A stretch of DNA of 64,000 nt from Deltaproteobacteria bacterium (GTDB lineage Bacteria; Myxococcota_A; UBA9160; UBA6930), in NCBI GenBank assembly GCA_028817435.1, contig JAPPPQ010000016.1, positions 15,073 through 79,072 of the forward strand, given 5' to 3'. The translations under genes and the position numbers were made by a program. Numbering within the stretch: the stretch's first letter is position 1; the number at the start of each line of letters is the position of its first letter. Shown one piece after another: positions 55,921-64,000 of this stretch. The notes beneath the pieces were generated by a model. It was not told the origin of the DNA. It was given only the letters and a program-made list of their open reading frames with translations, and did no database searches.

Positions 55921-55997
55921 TGGCACGCCGGGAGGGATTCGAACCCCCGACTCCCAGGTTCGAAGCCTGGTGCTCTATCCAGCTGAGCTACCGGCGC
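55921..55997 (-). tRNA. tRNA-Arg (anticodon UCG)
   Basis: I folded the 77-nt cloverleaf by hand: GCGCCGG-TA-GCTC-AGCTGGATA-GAGC-A-CCAGG-CTTCGAA-CCTGG-GAGTC-GGGGG-TTCGAAT-CCCTC-CCGGCGT-G-CCA. The anticodon loop is CU-UCG-AA. There is one G.U pair in the acceptor stem (1:72) and one in the T stem. CCA is encoded. Confidence 0.9.
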
Positions 55998-56019
55998 CCG
56001 GCGGGGAGCATAGCAACCG

Positions 56020-59000
56020 TCAGTAGCTGTAGCCGACGGTGAAGAGCCAGGTGCGGGGGAGGGTGTAGCCGCCGGTGGCGATGGGGCCAACATCGAAGAC
56101 ATGGGTGACGGCGCGCTCGTTGGTGAGGTTGCGGCCCTCTGCGGCGATGCGCCAGCGGTCGCCGCGGCTGCGGAAGGAGATGGCGGCGTTCCAGGTGAGG
56201 TAGGCGTCCTGGGTGTATGCCTTGAGGAGCGGGTTGTTGATGTTGATGGGCGAGGTGAGGTAGTGCTCGTCGCGCCATGCGAGGGAGGTGGAAAGCTGCG
56301 CCGTGCCCAAACCGCTCAGCGGAATGTCCCAGGCGGCGCGGCCCTGCAGAGTCAGCTCCGGCGAAAAGCCGATGCGCGTGTCGTTGGTCTCGTCTTCATT
56401 CGTCCGCGGGTTGATGAACTTGTCTACATCGTAATCAAGCCAGCCAATATTCAGGCCAATGCTGAGGTTTTCGATGGGCAGCCAGAGCAGCTCTACATCT
56501 GCGCCGTAGGTGGTCATCTCGCCCACATTCGCGGTGCCGCCGTCGAGCAGGTTGGTTTGCGGATCAAGGCGGACCTCCCGGAATTGCTTGTCGGTGTAGT
56601 CGTTCCAGAAGCCCTCGGCGTTCAGGCGCAGCCGCCCGCCGAAGCGGGTGAGCTTTGCGCCCAGGGTGAAGGCGGCCACGGTCTCTTCGTCGAATTTGTC
56701 CGGCACCTGCACCAGCGGGCAGTTGCCGTTGGCGTCGCGGGTGGGGCTGCTGGCGGCGCAGGGCGTGCCGGGGACGCCCGTCTCGTGCATGAGCACGCTT
56801 CCATCGGCCCGCAACACGGCAGAGGGAATCACCTGCGCGTCGTTGAAGCCGCCCTGCTTGTAGCCGGTGGCGAAGCCGGCGTAGAGCATGGTGTCGTCGC
56901 CCAGATGCCAGGAGAGCCGGATGCTGGGCGAGAAGTTGTTGTAGGTCTCGAGGTTGTCCTGATGGTCGAGGACGGTGACCGAAGTGGTGGCCAGCGGGTT
57001 CACGCCCGGTGCGGTGGCCGGGCAGGCCTCGGAGCCGAAGAGGGGATTCGGGACCATTGTGCCGCCGGGGCCGGGGACCATGCGCGGGAGCAGCGGGCAG
57101 GGCGTGCGGGCCGTGCCCGTGGGCATGGGGCCCGTGGCGCCGAGCATCAGCGTCTGTGTCCGGGCGGCGACGACCTGTTGGGCCAGCATGCCATTGGGTC
57201 CCGGATTGACCAGCGCGGCCTTGTAGACATTGAGCAAGTCAATGTTGTCGGTGTTGATGCTGCCGTCGGCGTTCAGCGTTGCGCCGGGGGCCAGCACGGC
57301 CAGCACGCCGCTTACCTGTTGATTGATCACAGCGGCCTGTGCCTGCAACGCCGCCATCACCGCTGCATCTTGCTGAGCCTGGGGCGTGCCGTCGGGAAGC
57401 ATGGACAGTGTCGCCGTGCGGATGCCGCTTTCCGCCCCGAGGCGCACGCCGCCGATGAGGTTCTCGAGCAGAGTGCCGCCTTGGCCGGGAGACAAGTGAA
57501 CCGGAACGCCCGCAAACTGCGGGTGGAGCCAGAGCGGGAAGCTGTAATCCGTGCTGCGCGAGCGCTTGGTGAAGGTCACTTCGTCCCGGGTGAAGCGCCC
57601 GCCCAGCGCGAGCTCCCACGATTCGCTTATGCGCCAGTCCAGATTCACATAGCCCGCCAGCGATTCGATTCCGTCGTCCTGCCGGGTGGTGCGGGTCTCT
57701 CGCCGCGTTACTGAAAGCAGGCGCGGGGTGATGTCGCCGGCGACAGGCCCGCGGTCCAGCCCGCCGTCCAGGTAGTAAATGCCCGTTACCAGCGAAATCG
57801 AATCGCCGCTGTAATTGAGCTGCAGCTCCTGGGAAAAGTCCGAAGTCTCGCGGTCCTGGATGGTGTTGATGAAGGTTTGCGTGGTGCCATCAAAGGCGAA
57901 GACCTGAAAATCGTCAATGGAGCGCAGGGCGCTCACCGACTTCAGAGTCCAGCGCGGCCCCAGGTCAAATTCCGCAGTGAGCGAGAACGCCTGGGTGTTG
58001 ATCTCGTAGTCATCCAAGCTCTTGCCTGTAACGAGACTGCCGGGGACGCCGCCGGCTCCCGTGGCGGCCGTGAACTCGGTAGAGATTCGGTCGGGGTGGT
58101 CGGATTCGCCGAAGGGGCGGACATCGTTGGCTGTGGGAATAGGCGCAGCGTTCGGCACCAGGGCGCTGGCGCCGCGGGAAAAAGGATTCTCAATTTGCGC
58201 AAGCTGCGCCGCATTCACCCCCACGCGCTTGCCCACCCGCGGCTCGGAGCCGTCGCTGGTGATGTTTGCGCCCAGTGAAAACCTCACCGCTTCGCTGGGC
58301 GCCCACTGCAGCGAGGCGCGGTAAGCGCCGATGTCCGCGCCCCAAAACTCCCCTTCCTCGGTTGCGGTGAAGGTGTTCTTTTGAATGGGATCGCGCTGGC
58401 GGTAGAGCAGGCTCAGGCTGCCGCCCAATGTCTGCGAAATGGGGCCGGAGATGGAACCCCGCGCAAACCATTCGGTGAAGCGCCCGAAGCCGCCGTCGAA
58501 GCGCACGCGCAGCTCATCCCCCGGCTTGCGGGTGATGTAGCGGATTGCGCCGCCCAGGGTGTTGCGCCCGTAAAGGTGGCCCTGCGGGCCCTTCAACACC
58601 TCAATGCGCTCCACATCCAGCACTTCCAGCAGCGCGCCGGCCTGCAGGTTCAGATACACATCGTCGGTGTAAATGCCGACGCCCTGTGCGAAGCCCGGAT
58701 CGCTGCCGATGCCCCGGATGAAGACGAGCAGCGAGCCGGTGGTGAGGCCGCCGCTTTCGGTGAGCGTGACATTCGGCACCAGCGTCTCGAGATCCACGAT
58801 GTTGTCCACCTGGTAGGTCTCGAGCTCCGCGCCGGGGAAGGCGCTGATGGAGATGGGCACATCCTGCAGGGATTCCTCGCGCTTGCGCGCCGTGACGACG
58901 ATTTCCTCGATTCCCAGGGGCTCCGAGGTATCGGCTTCCGCCCCCCCCCCCCCGGGGGGAGAGGTCTGTGCCTGGGCCAGGCCGGGCGAGAGGGGCCAGC

Positions 59001-59055
59001 CGAGGGCCAGGCAGGCCGCCAGGGCCGGGAGACGGAAAAGGGCGCTGAAACGCAT
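56020..59055 (-). CDS. TonB-dependent receptor (large, 1011 aa)
   Basis: Signal MRFSALFRLPALAACLALGWPLSPGLAQA. TonB box/plug IEEIVVTARKREESLQDVPISISAF. Barrel ending ...LFTVGYSY. Confidence 0.9.
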   Translation of the reverse strand: MRFSALFRLPALAACLALGWPLSPGLAQAQTSPPGGGGAEADTSEPLGIEEIVVTARKREESLQDVPISISAFPGAELETYQVDNIVDLETLVPNVTLTESGGLTTGSLLVFIRGIGSDPGFAQGVGIYTDDVYLNLQAGALLEVLDVERIEVLKGPQGHLYGRNTLGGAIRYITRKPGDELRVRFDGGFGRFTEWFARGSISGPISQTLGGSLSLLYRQRDPIQKNTFTATEEGEFWGADIGAYRASLQWAPSEAVRFSLGANITSDGSEPRVGKRVGVNAAQLAQIENPFSRGASALVPNAAPIPTANDVRPFGESDHPDRISTEFTAATGAGGVPGSLVTGKSLDDYEINTQAFSLTAEFDLGPRWTLKSVSALRSIDDFQVFAFDGTTQTFINTIQDRETSDFSQELQLNYSGDSISLVTGIYYLDGGLDRGPVAGDITPRLLSVTRRETRTTRQDDGIESLAGYVNLDWRISESWELALGGRFTRDEVTFTKRSRSTDYSFPLWLHPQFAGVPVHLSPGQGGTLLENLIGGVRLGAESGIRTATLSMLPDGTPQAQQDAAVMAALQAQAAVINQQVSGVLAVLAPGATLNADGSINTDNIDLLNVYKAALVNPGPNGMLAQQVVAARTQTLMLGATGPMPTGTARTPCPLLPRMVPGPGGTMVPNPLFGSEACPATAPGVNPLATTSVTVLDHQDNLETYNNFSPSIRLSWHLGDDTMLYAGFATGYKQGGFNDAQVIPSAVLRADGSVLMHETGVPGTPCAASSPTRDANGNCPLVQVPDKFDEETVAAFTLGAKLTRFGGRLRLNAEGFWNDYTDKQFREVRLDPQTNLLDGGTANVGEMTTYGADVELLWLPIENLSIGLNIGWLDYDVDKFINPRTNEDETNDTRIGFSPELTLQGRAAWDIPLSGLGTAQLSTSLAWRDEHYLTSPININNPLLKAYTQDAYLTWNAAISFRSRGDRWRIAAEGRNLTNERAVTHVFDVGPIATGGYTLPRTWLFTVGYSY
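58941..58959. repeat. Homopolymer palindrome C13G6 (coding strand C6G13) inside the receptor gene
   Basis: Counted directly: C at 58941-58953 and G at 58954-58959. It encodes PPGGGG between the signal peptide and the TonB box, the same context as 28515-28534. Confidence 0.9.
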
Positions 59056-59164
59056 CGGGGCCTCCTTTTGCGGCTTGCGCCGCGCTTTCGCATTTTACGC
59101 CCGCCCGGCGGCCCCATGTCAAGCGCTTTTTTGCGATTATCCTCCCCTGAAGGTGGAGGAATCC

Positions 59165-61612
59165 ATGCCCGCAGGCGGCGGCCCCCTGGCGGGGCTGCGT
59201 GTGGTCGAGTTGGCGCAGAGCATCGCCGGCCCCTACGTCGGCAAGCTCTTTGCCGATGCCGGCGCAGAGGTGGTGAAGCTGGAGCCCCCGGCGGGGGATT
59301 CGCTGCGCCGCTGGTCGGCCTCGGGGCAGCCCGTTCCCCCCGGCGGCAGCGGCGCGCTGTTCCACTACCTCAACGCCGGCAAGCGCAGCGCCGTGGCCGA
59401 TCTGGAAACCGCGCAGGGCCGCGCGCTGGCGCTGGAGCTGCTGGACGCGGCAGATATCGCCATCGAGAGCTTCGGCCCAGGGGGGGCCGCGCGGCGCGGC
59501 GTGGGCTGGGAGACGCTGCGCGCCCGCAATCCGCGCTGCACGCTGGTTTCCATTTCACCGTGGGGGGGCGATGGGCCGTGGGCCGGACGGCCCGCCACCG
59601 AGTTCACTTTGCAGGCGGCTACCGGCGCCACCGCCGGGCGCGGCATTCCGGCGCGGGGGCCGGTGGGCGCGGGCGGGCGCATTGGCGAGTGGATTCCCGG
59701 CGTCTATGCGGCGGTGGGCGCGCTGGCCGGTTATCTCTGCGCGCGGCGCAGCGGCGCGGGGCAGCATGTGGATGTTTCCATCTTCGAATGCCTGTGCCTC
59801 ACGCTGACGAACTATCACGACCTCAACTCGCAGTTTTTTCCCGGGCCGCTGGCGCAGTCCATCATTACGCCTTCTATTGAGCCCACGCGGGATGGCTGGG
59901 TGGGCCTCGCCACCATTACCGGGCAGCAGTGGAAGGATTTTTGCGCGCTGATCGAGCAGCCGGAACTGGCGGAGGACGAGCGCTTTTACGACGGCATTTA
60001 CCGCACGAAAAAGCTGGATTTCATTCAGGGCATTATTCACGGCTGGACGCAGCGGCACGATACGGCCGACATTATCGAGCGGCTGAGCCTGGCGCGCATT
60101 CCCGTCAACCCGCTGGGGAACGGGCAGACGCTGCCCGAAATGGATCACCTGCGCGCGCGGCGCGTTTTCACGGCAAACCCCGCCGGCTTTATGCAGCCGC
60201 GGCCGCCCTATCGCCTCGGCGCTGCGCAGGGCGAGCCTCCCGCGCCGCGCCCCGCCCCCGCGCTGGGCGAGCACGCGGCGCAGTTCTCCGGGCGCGCTCC
60301 CGCCGCGCCGGAGCCGGAGTCCACCGGGACAGAATCCGCGCTGCCCTTTGCGGGGCTGCGCGTGCTGGACCTCACCGCCTTCTGGGCGGGGCCGGTGGCC
60401 ACAAGCTTGCTGGCCGAGCTGGGCGCAGATGTGATCAAGGTCGAGTCCATTCAGCGCCCGGACACCATGCGCTTTGTCAACTCGGCGGGCGATCCCATGT
60501 GGGAATTCAACCCGCTCTTTCAGGGCGCAAACTCCAGCAAGCGCGGCATTACGCTGAACCTGGATGCGCCGGAGGGCATGGCGCTGCTGCACCGGCTCAT
60601 TGCCAAAGCCGATGTGGTGGCGGAGAACTTCTCGCCCCGGGTGCTGGACAACTGGGGACTGGGCTGGGAGGCGGTGCGCGCGCTGAACCCTCGGGCCATT
60701 TTGCTGCGTATGCCCTCTTTTGGGCTGGATGGCCCGTGGCGCGACCGCGTGGGCTTCGCCATGAATGCCGACCAGGTAAGTGGTTTGGCCTGGCTCACCG
60801 GCTACGACGATATGCCGCTGGTGGTGGGCGGCGTCTGCGATCCGCTGGGCGGTATGCACGCCGTCTTCGCGCTGTTTCTGGCGCTGGAAGAGCGCCGCCG
60901 CAATGGCGCGGGGCAACTGGTGGAGGTGCCGTTGGTGGAGCCGGCCATCAACATTGCGGCAGAGCAGGTAATTGAGTGGACCGCACACGGCGTGCTGCTC
61001 GAACGCAAGCAGAACCGCGGCCCGGCCGCCGCGCCGCAGGGCGTGTATCCCTGCGCCGCCGCTGACGCCGGCGGTGCGGGTGACGCCGCCGGCGCCGGCA
61101 GACCGTCAGCCGGGGAGGGCGCGCCCGCCATTGCCCTGGCGGTGGCTACCGATGCGCAGTGGCAGGCGTTGCGCCGCGTGCTGGGCAATCCCGCCTGGGC
61201 GCGGGACCCCGCGCTGGATTCCGCCGAAGGCCGCCGCCGCGCCCACGACCGCGTGGACGCAGAGCTGCGCGCCTGGACTGCCGCGCGCAGCAGCCGCGAG
61301 GCCGCCGAGGCGCTGCGCGCCGCGGGCGTGCCCGCCGAGGCGTGCATCAACCCCCACGGGCTGTGGCCGAACCCGCAGCTCGCCCATCGCGGCTTTTTTC
61401 AGGTGGTGGAGCACGCGCTGATCGGCCCGTTGCGCTATCCCGGTTTGCCCATGCGCTTTTCGGGCCTGCCCCGCAATTTGCGCCGCACCCCCGCGCCCAT
61501 GCTGGGCGAGCACAACGAAGAGGTGCTGCGCAGTGAACTGAATCTCTCGGACGCCGAGATCGCCTCGCTGCGCGAAAAGAAGGTGATCGGCGAGCGCCCG
61601 GCTTTCATGTAA
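59165..61612 (+). CDS. Tandem fusion of two family III (CaiB/BaiF) CoA-transferase domains (815 aa)
   Basis: ATG 59165 after GGTGGAGG. Domain 1 starts LAGLRVVELAQSIAGPYVGKLFADAGAEVVKLEPP. Domain 2 starts about 400 aa later with FAGLRVLDLTAFWAGPVATSLLAELGADVIKVES. Confidence 0.8.
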   Translation: MPAGGGPLAGLRVVELAQSIAGPYVGKLFADAGAEVVKLEPPAGDSLRRWSASGQPVPPGGSGALFHYLNAGKRSAVADLETAQGRALALELLDAADIAIESFGPGGAARRGVGWETLRARNPRCTLVSISPWGGDGPWAGRPATEFTLQAATGATAGRGIPARGPVGAGGRIGEWIPGVYAAVGALAGYLCARRSGAGQHVDVSIFECLCLTLTNYHDLNSQFFPGPLAQSIITPSIEPTRDGWVGLATITGQQWKDFCALIEQPELAEDERFYDGIYRTKKLDFIQGIIHGWTQRHDTADIIERLSLARIPVNPLGNGQTLPEMDHLRARRVFTANPAGFMQPRPPYRLGAAQGEPPAPRPAPALGEHAAQFSGRAPAAPEPESTGTESALPFAGLRVLDLTAFWAGPVATSLLAELGADVIKVESIQRPDTMRFVNSAGDPMWEFNPLFQGANSSKRGITLNLDAPEGMALLHRLIAKADVVAENFSPRVLDNWGLGWEAVRALNPRAILLRMPSFGLDGPWRDRVGFAMNADQVSGLAWLTGYDDMPLVVGGVCDPLGGMHAVFALFLALEERRRNGAGQLVEVPLVEPAINIAAEQVIEWTAHGVLLERKQNRGPAAAPQGVYPCAAADAGGAGDAAGAGRPSAGEGAPAIALAVATDAQWQALRRVLGNPAWARDPALDSAEGRRRAHDRVDAELRAWTAARSSREAAEALRAAGVPAEACINPHGLWPNPQLAHRGFFQVVEHALIGPLRYPGLPMRFSGLPRNLRRTPAPMLGEHNEEVLRSELNLSDAEIASLREKKVIGERPAFM

Positions 61613-61623
61613 GGAGGAAAATC

Positions 61624-63051
61624 ATGCAAATGCTGACTGCGTGTGTGTGCGGGGCCTTGGCCGCGGTGTTTTGGGCGGGTGCGGCCGCTGCGGCGGATTT
61701 GCAGCCGCACCAGCAGCTCGCGCTGCAAATGCTGACCGAGCTGGTCGAAACCGACACCACTCACAGCACCGGCGACACCACCCGCGCGGCGAAGTATCTG
61801 GCGTCGCAGTTGCGCCGGGCGGGCTTTTCGCGGCGCGATGTGCGGGTGCTGGAAGAGGTGCCGCGCAAGGGCAACCTGGTCGCGCGGCTGCGCGCCAAAG
61901 AGCCGACGCAAGAGCCTATTTTGCTGCTGGCCCATTTGGATGTGGTGGAAGCCGATGCGGCGGACTGGAGCGTCCCGCCCTTTCAATTCACCGAGGCAGA
62001 TGGTTACTACTACGGGCGCGGCGTGCTGGACGACAAGGACGAGGCCGCGATCCACATTGCCAACCTGATTCGCCTGAAGCAGGAGGGCGTTGCGCTCTCG
62101 CGGGACATTGTGGTGGCGCTTACGGCGGACGAAGAGGGCGGCACGCACAACGGCGTGGTTTGGCTGCTGGCAGAGCACCGCGCGCTGCTCAATGCCGCTT
62201 TTGCCATCAACGAGGGCGGCGGCGGCGCGCTGCGCAAGGGGCAGCGGCTCTTCAACGCGGTGCAGGCCAGCGAGAAAATTTACCAGAGCTTCGAGCTCGA
62301 GGTGACAGATCCGGGCGGCCACAGTTCGGTGCCCCGCCCCGGCAATGCAATCTATCACCTGGCCGATGCGCTGTTGCGGGTGCGCGAACTCGTGTTTCCG
62401 GTGGGCCTCAATCCCGTCACCCGCGCCTTTTTCGAGCGCAGCGCCGCGCAGCAGCCTGCGGCCGTTGCCCGGGCCATGCGCGGCGTGCTGCGGAATCCCC
62501 CCGCGCGCGGCGCGGCCCGCGCGCTGGCGAAGGAGGCGGCGCTCTACAACGCGCTGCTGCGCACCACCTGCGTGGCTACCCAATTGAGCGCGGGGCACGC
62601 GCCCAACGCCCTGCCGCAGCGCGCGCGGGCCACGGTGAACTGCCGCATTTTGCCCACCGAAACGCCGGACGCTGTGGAAGCGGCGCTGCGCAACGCCATT
62701 GCCGATTCGCGCGTTGCAATCAAGCGCCTGCCCGGCGTGCACAGCAAGCCCTCGCCGCCTTCGCCGCTCACCCCCGAAGTGCTCGGCGCCATTGAGGCCA
62801 CAACCGAAGACCTCTGGCCCGGCGTGCCGGTGATTCCCATCATGAGCACCGGCGCCACCGACGGCCTGTTTTTGCGCGCCGCGGGCATTCCCGTCTATGG
62901 CGTCTCCGGCATTTTCAACGAGCTCGGCGATGTGCGCGCGCACGGCAAGGACGAGCGGATTCTCGCGCGCTCCTTCTTCGAGGGGCAGGAGTTTCTCTAC
63001 CGCCTGCTGAAGAAGCTGGCCGCGCCCGCGCCCGCGCCTGCTGCGCCGTAG
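61624..63051 (+). CDS. M20-family metallopeptidase / carboxypeptidase, secreted
   Basis: 475 aa with a signal peptide. LLLAHLDVVEA, GRGVLDDKD, TADEEGG (metal ligands). Confidence 0.85.
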   Translation: MQMLTACVCGALAAVFWAGAAAAADLQPHQQLALQMLTELVETDTTHSTGDTTRAAKYLASQLRRAGFSRRDVRVLEEVPRKGNLVARLRAKEPTQEPILLLAHLDVVEADAADWSVPPFQFTEADGYYYGRGVLDDKDEAAIHIANLIRLKQEGVALSRDIVVALTADEEGGTHNGVVWLLAEHRALLNAAFAINEGGGGALRKGQRLFNAVQASEKIYQSFELEVTDPGGHSSVPRPGNAIYHLADALLRVRELVFPVGLNPVTRAFFERSAAQQPAAVARAMRGVLRNPPARGAARALAKEAALYNALLRTTCVATQLSAGHAPNALPQRARATVNCRILPTETPDAVEAALRNAIADSRVAIKRLPGVHSKPSPPSPLTPEVLGAIEATTEDLWPGVPVIPIMSTGATDGLFLRAAGIPVYGVSGIFNELGDVRAHGKDERILARSFFEGQEFLYRLLKKLAAPAPAPAAP

Positions 63052-63053
63052 GT

Positions 63054-64000
63054 TCAGGCGGAGTCGGCGACCCAGCTTCCGTGGAAGCCGTAGGGGACGC
63101 GCTGCGGCAGCTTGACCCGGGCGACGGGGGCGGATTCGAAGCGGCTGGCGTCCAGCACCACCAGTTCGCTCTTGCCGCTCTTCTCGTCGTGCAGATAGCT
63201 CAGCACAAAGCCTTCGTCGCTGTCGGAATCGGCCCCCGGCGCGGCGGCAAAGACCGGCTCGCCGGCGACGCACTGCGCGCCGTAGTTGTGAGACTCGGCC
63301 TTGCCGCTCTGGAAATCGAACTTGAGGTGGCCGGCGAAAGAGGGCGAGCCGTCGGGGGCGGGGGCGAATTGCACCGTGTAGCCGTAGCGATTCTTTTGCC
63401 CCACCCGGGCGTCTGCAATGCGCGGGAATTCCATGCCGCGTTCGTCCAGCGTCTCTTCCCGCACCGCGCCGCTCGCCAGGTCCAAGGTGAAGCGGTGCAG
63501 AGTTTGCCGCCCCCCGCCGCCCTGCATATCGCCCGCTTCGCGCCACATTTCGCTGGAGCGGCAGGCGTCCACCACCACCGCTCCGTTTTCCTCGTGGGCG
63601 TTCATGGTGTGGAAGATGTAGCAGGGCTCCACCTCGAACCAGCGCAGCTCTGCGCCCTTGCCGTTGCGCGGCATGACGCCGATGCGCGCGCCGTAATCGT
63701 CGTCCCACTTGAAGGGCATGGCGCCCTTCAGCGCCGCCTGCAAGTCGAAGACCACGGGCAGATCCAGAAAGATGGCGTGGCGTCCGGTAATGGCGAAGTC
63801 GTGAATCATCGTCGGCCCCGGCACCTCAATTACCTCGCTCTGCAGCAGTTTGCCTTGGGCCGAAATGCGGTGATAGGTGAGATAGGGCGGAAACTGCCCG
63901 TAGCCAAAGGCCAGCAACTCGCCGGTCACCGGGCAGATTTTCGGGTGTGCCGTGAAGGCGGTGCGCAGCTTGCCGCCGAAGTCCTCGCAGCCCGTGGTTT
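63054..64000 (-). CDS. Carotenoid/stilbene cleavage oxygenase family protein; 5' end outside the window
   Basis: My own translation continues upstream of the track start to the window edge (…FTAHPKICPVTGELLAFGY). MIHDFAITGRHAIF, YIFHTMNAHEE and PYGFHGSW carry the four-His iron ligand contexts. Confidence 0.85.
   Translation of the reverse strand, partial: TTGCEDFGGKLRTAFTAHPKICPVTGELLAFGYGQFPPYLTYHRISAQGKLLQSEVIEVPGPTMIHDFAITGRHAIFLDLPVVFDLQAALKGAMPFKWDDDYGARIGVMPRNGKGAELRWFEVEPCYIFHTMNAHEENGAVVVDACRSSEMWREAGDMQGGGGRQTLHRFTLDLASGAVREETLDERGMEFPRIADARVGQKNRYGYTVQFAPAPDGSPSFAGHLKFDFQSGKAESHNYGAQCVAGEPVFAAAPGADSDSDEGFVLSYLHDEKSGKSELVVLDASRFESAPVARVKLPQRVPYGFHGSWVADSA

Noticed and set aside
55921-55997. 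tRNA-Arg as the integration site of the islet
   Set aside because: The tRNA is separated from the islet by the complete 1.7-kb native-GC amidohydrolase gene. No integrase and no tRNA-3'-end direct repeat were found. The duplicated sequence is the amidohydrolase 3' end instead.

Overview
High-GC (about 65-70 % by eye) chromosomal segment from a Gram-negative, proteobacterium-like aerobic heterotroph, judged from three TonB-dependent receptors, lipoboxes and a Tat signal. About 60 tightly packed genes are supported, many joined by ATGA, GTGA or TGATG overlaps. The content is mostly CoA-dependent catabolism. (i) A GMC oxidoreductase / diiron protein / Sel1-repeat operon. (ii) IorAB and an OYE flavoprotein next to a MarR-controlled 2-aminobenzoyl-/salicylyl-CoA monooxygenase-reductase cluster. 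(iii) A 10-gene minus-strand operon in which a four-subunit 2-oxoacid:ferredoxin oxidoreductase is translationally coupled to a TonB-dependent receptor and tailoring oxygenases. (iv) A 13.4-kb, 14-gene plus-strand operon containing an igr-like set (two ACADs, MaoC-DUF35, MaoC, Cys-less thiolase-fold Ltp) plus further DUF35/thiolase-fold pairs. (v) Miscellaneous hydrolases, CoA-transferases, tRNA-Arg(UCG) and a carotenoid-oxygenase fragment. The clear outlier is a ~2.7-kb low-GC islet (~45 % GC, 51480-54158). It carries an orphan DndB-like DGQHR (ParB/Srx-fold) gene translationally coupled to a small UvrC-type GIY-YIG nuclease. Next to it is a VapC/PIN toxin with an unusually long antitoxin, bracketed by a duplicated copy of the 3' end of the neighbouring amidohydrolase gene. 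I consider the DGQHR+GIY-YIG pair the best candidate for an uncatalogued defence or DNA-surveillance module. Other points worth a second look are near-identical C13-14/G6 homopolymer palindromes inside two TonB-dependent receptor genes, an exact 216-bp tandem duplication in a Sel1 array, a truncated acyl-CoA ligase, and a tandem-fused CoA-transferase. No rRNA, CRISPR array, transposase or integrase was seen. All functional calls rest on motif recognition by eye and no database search was run.
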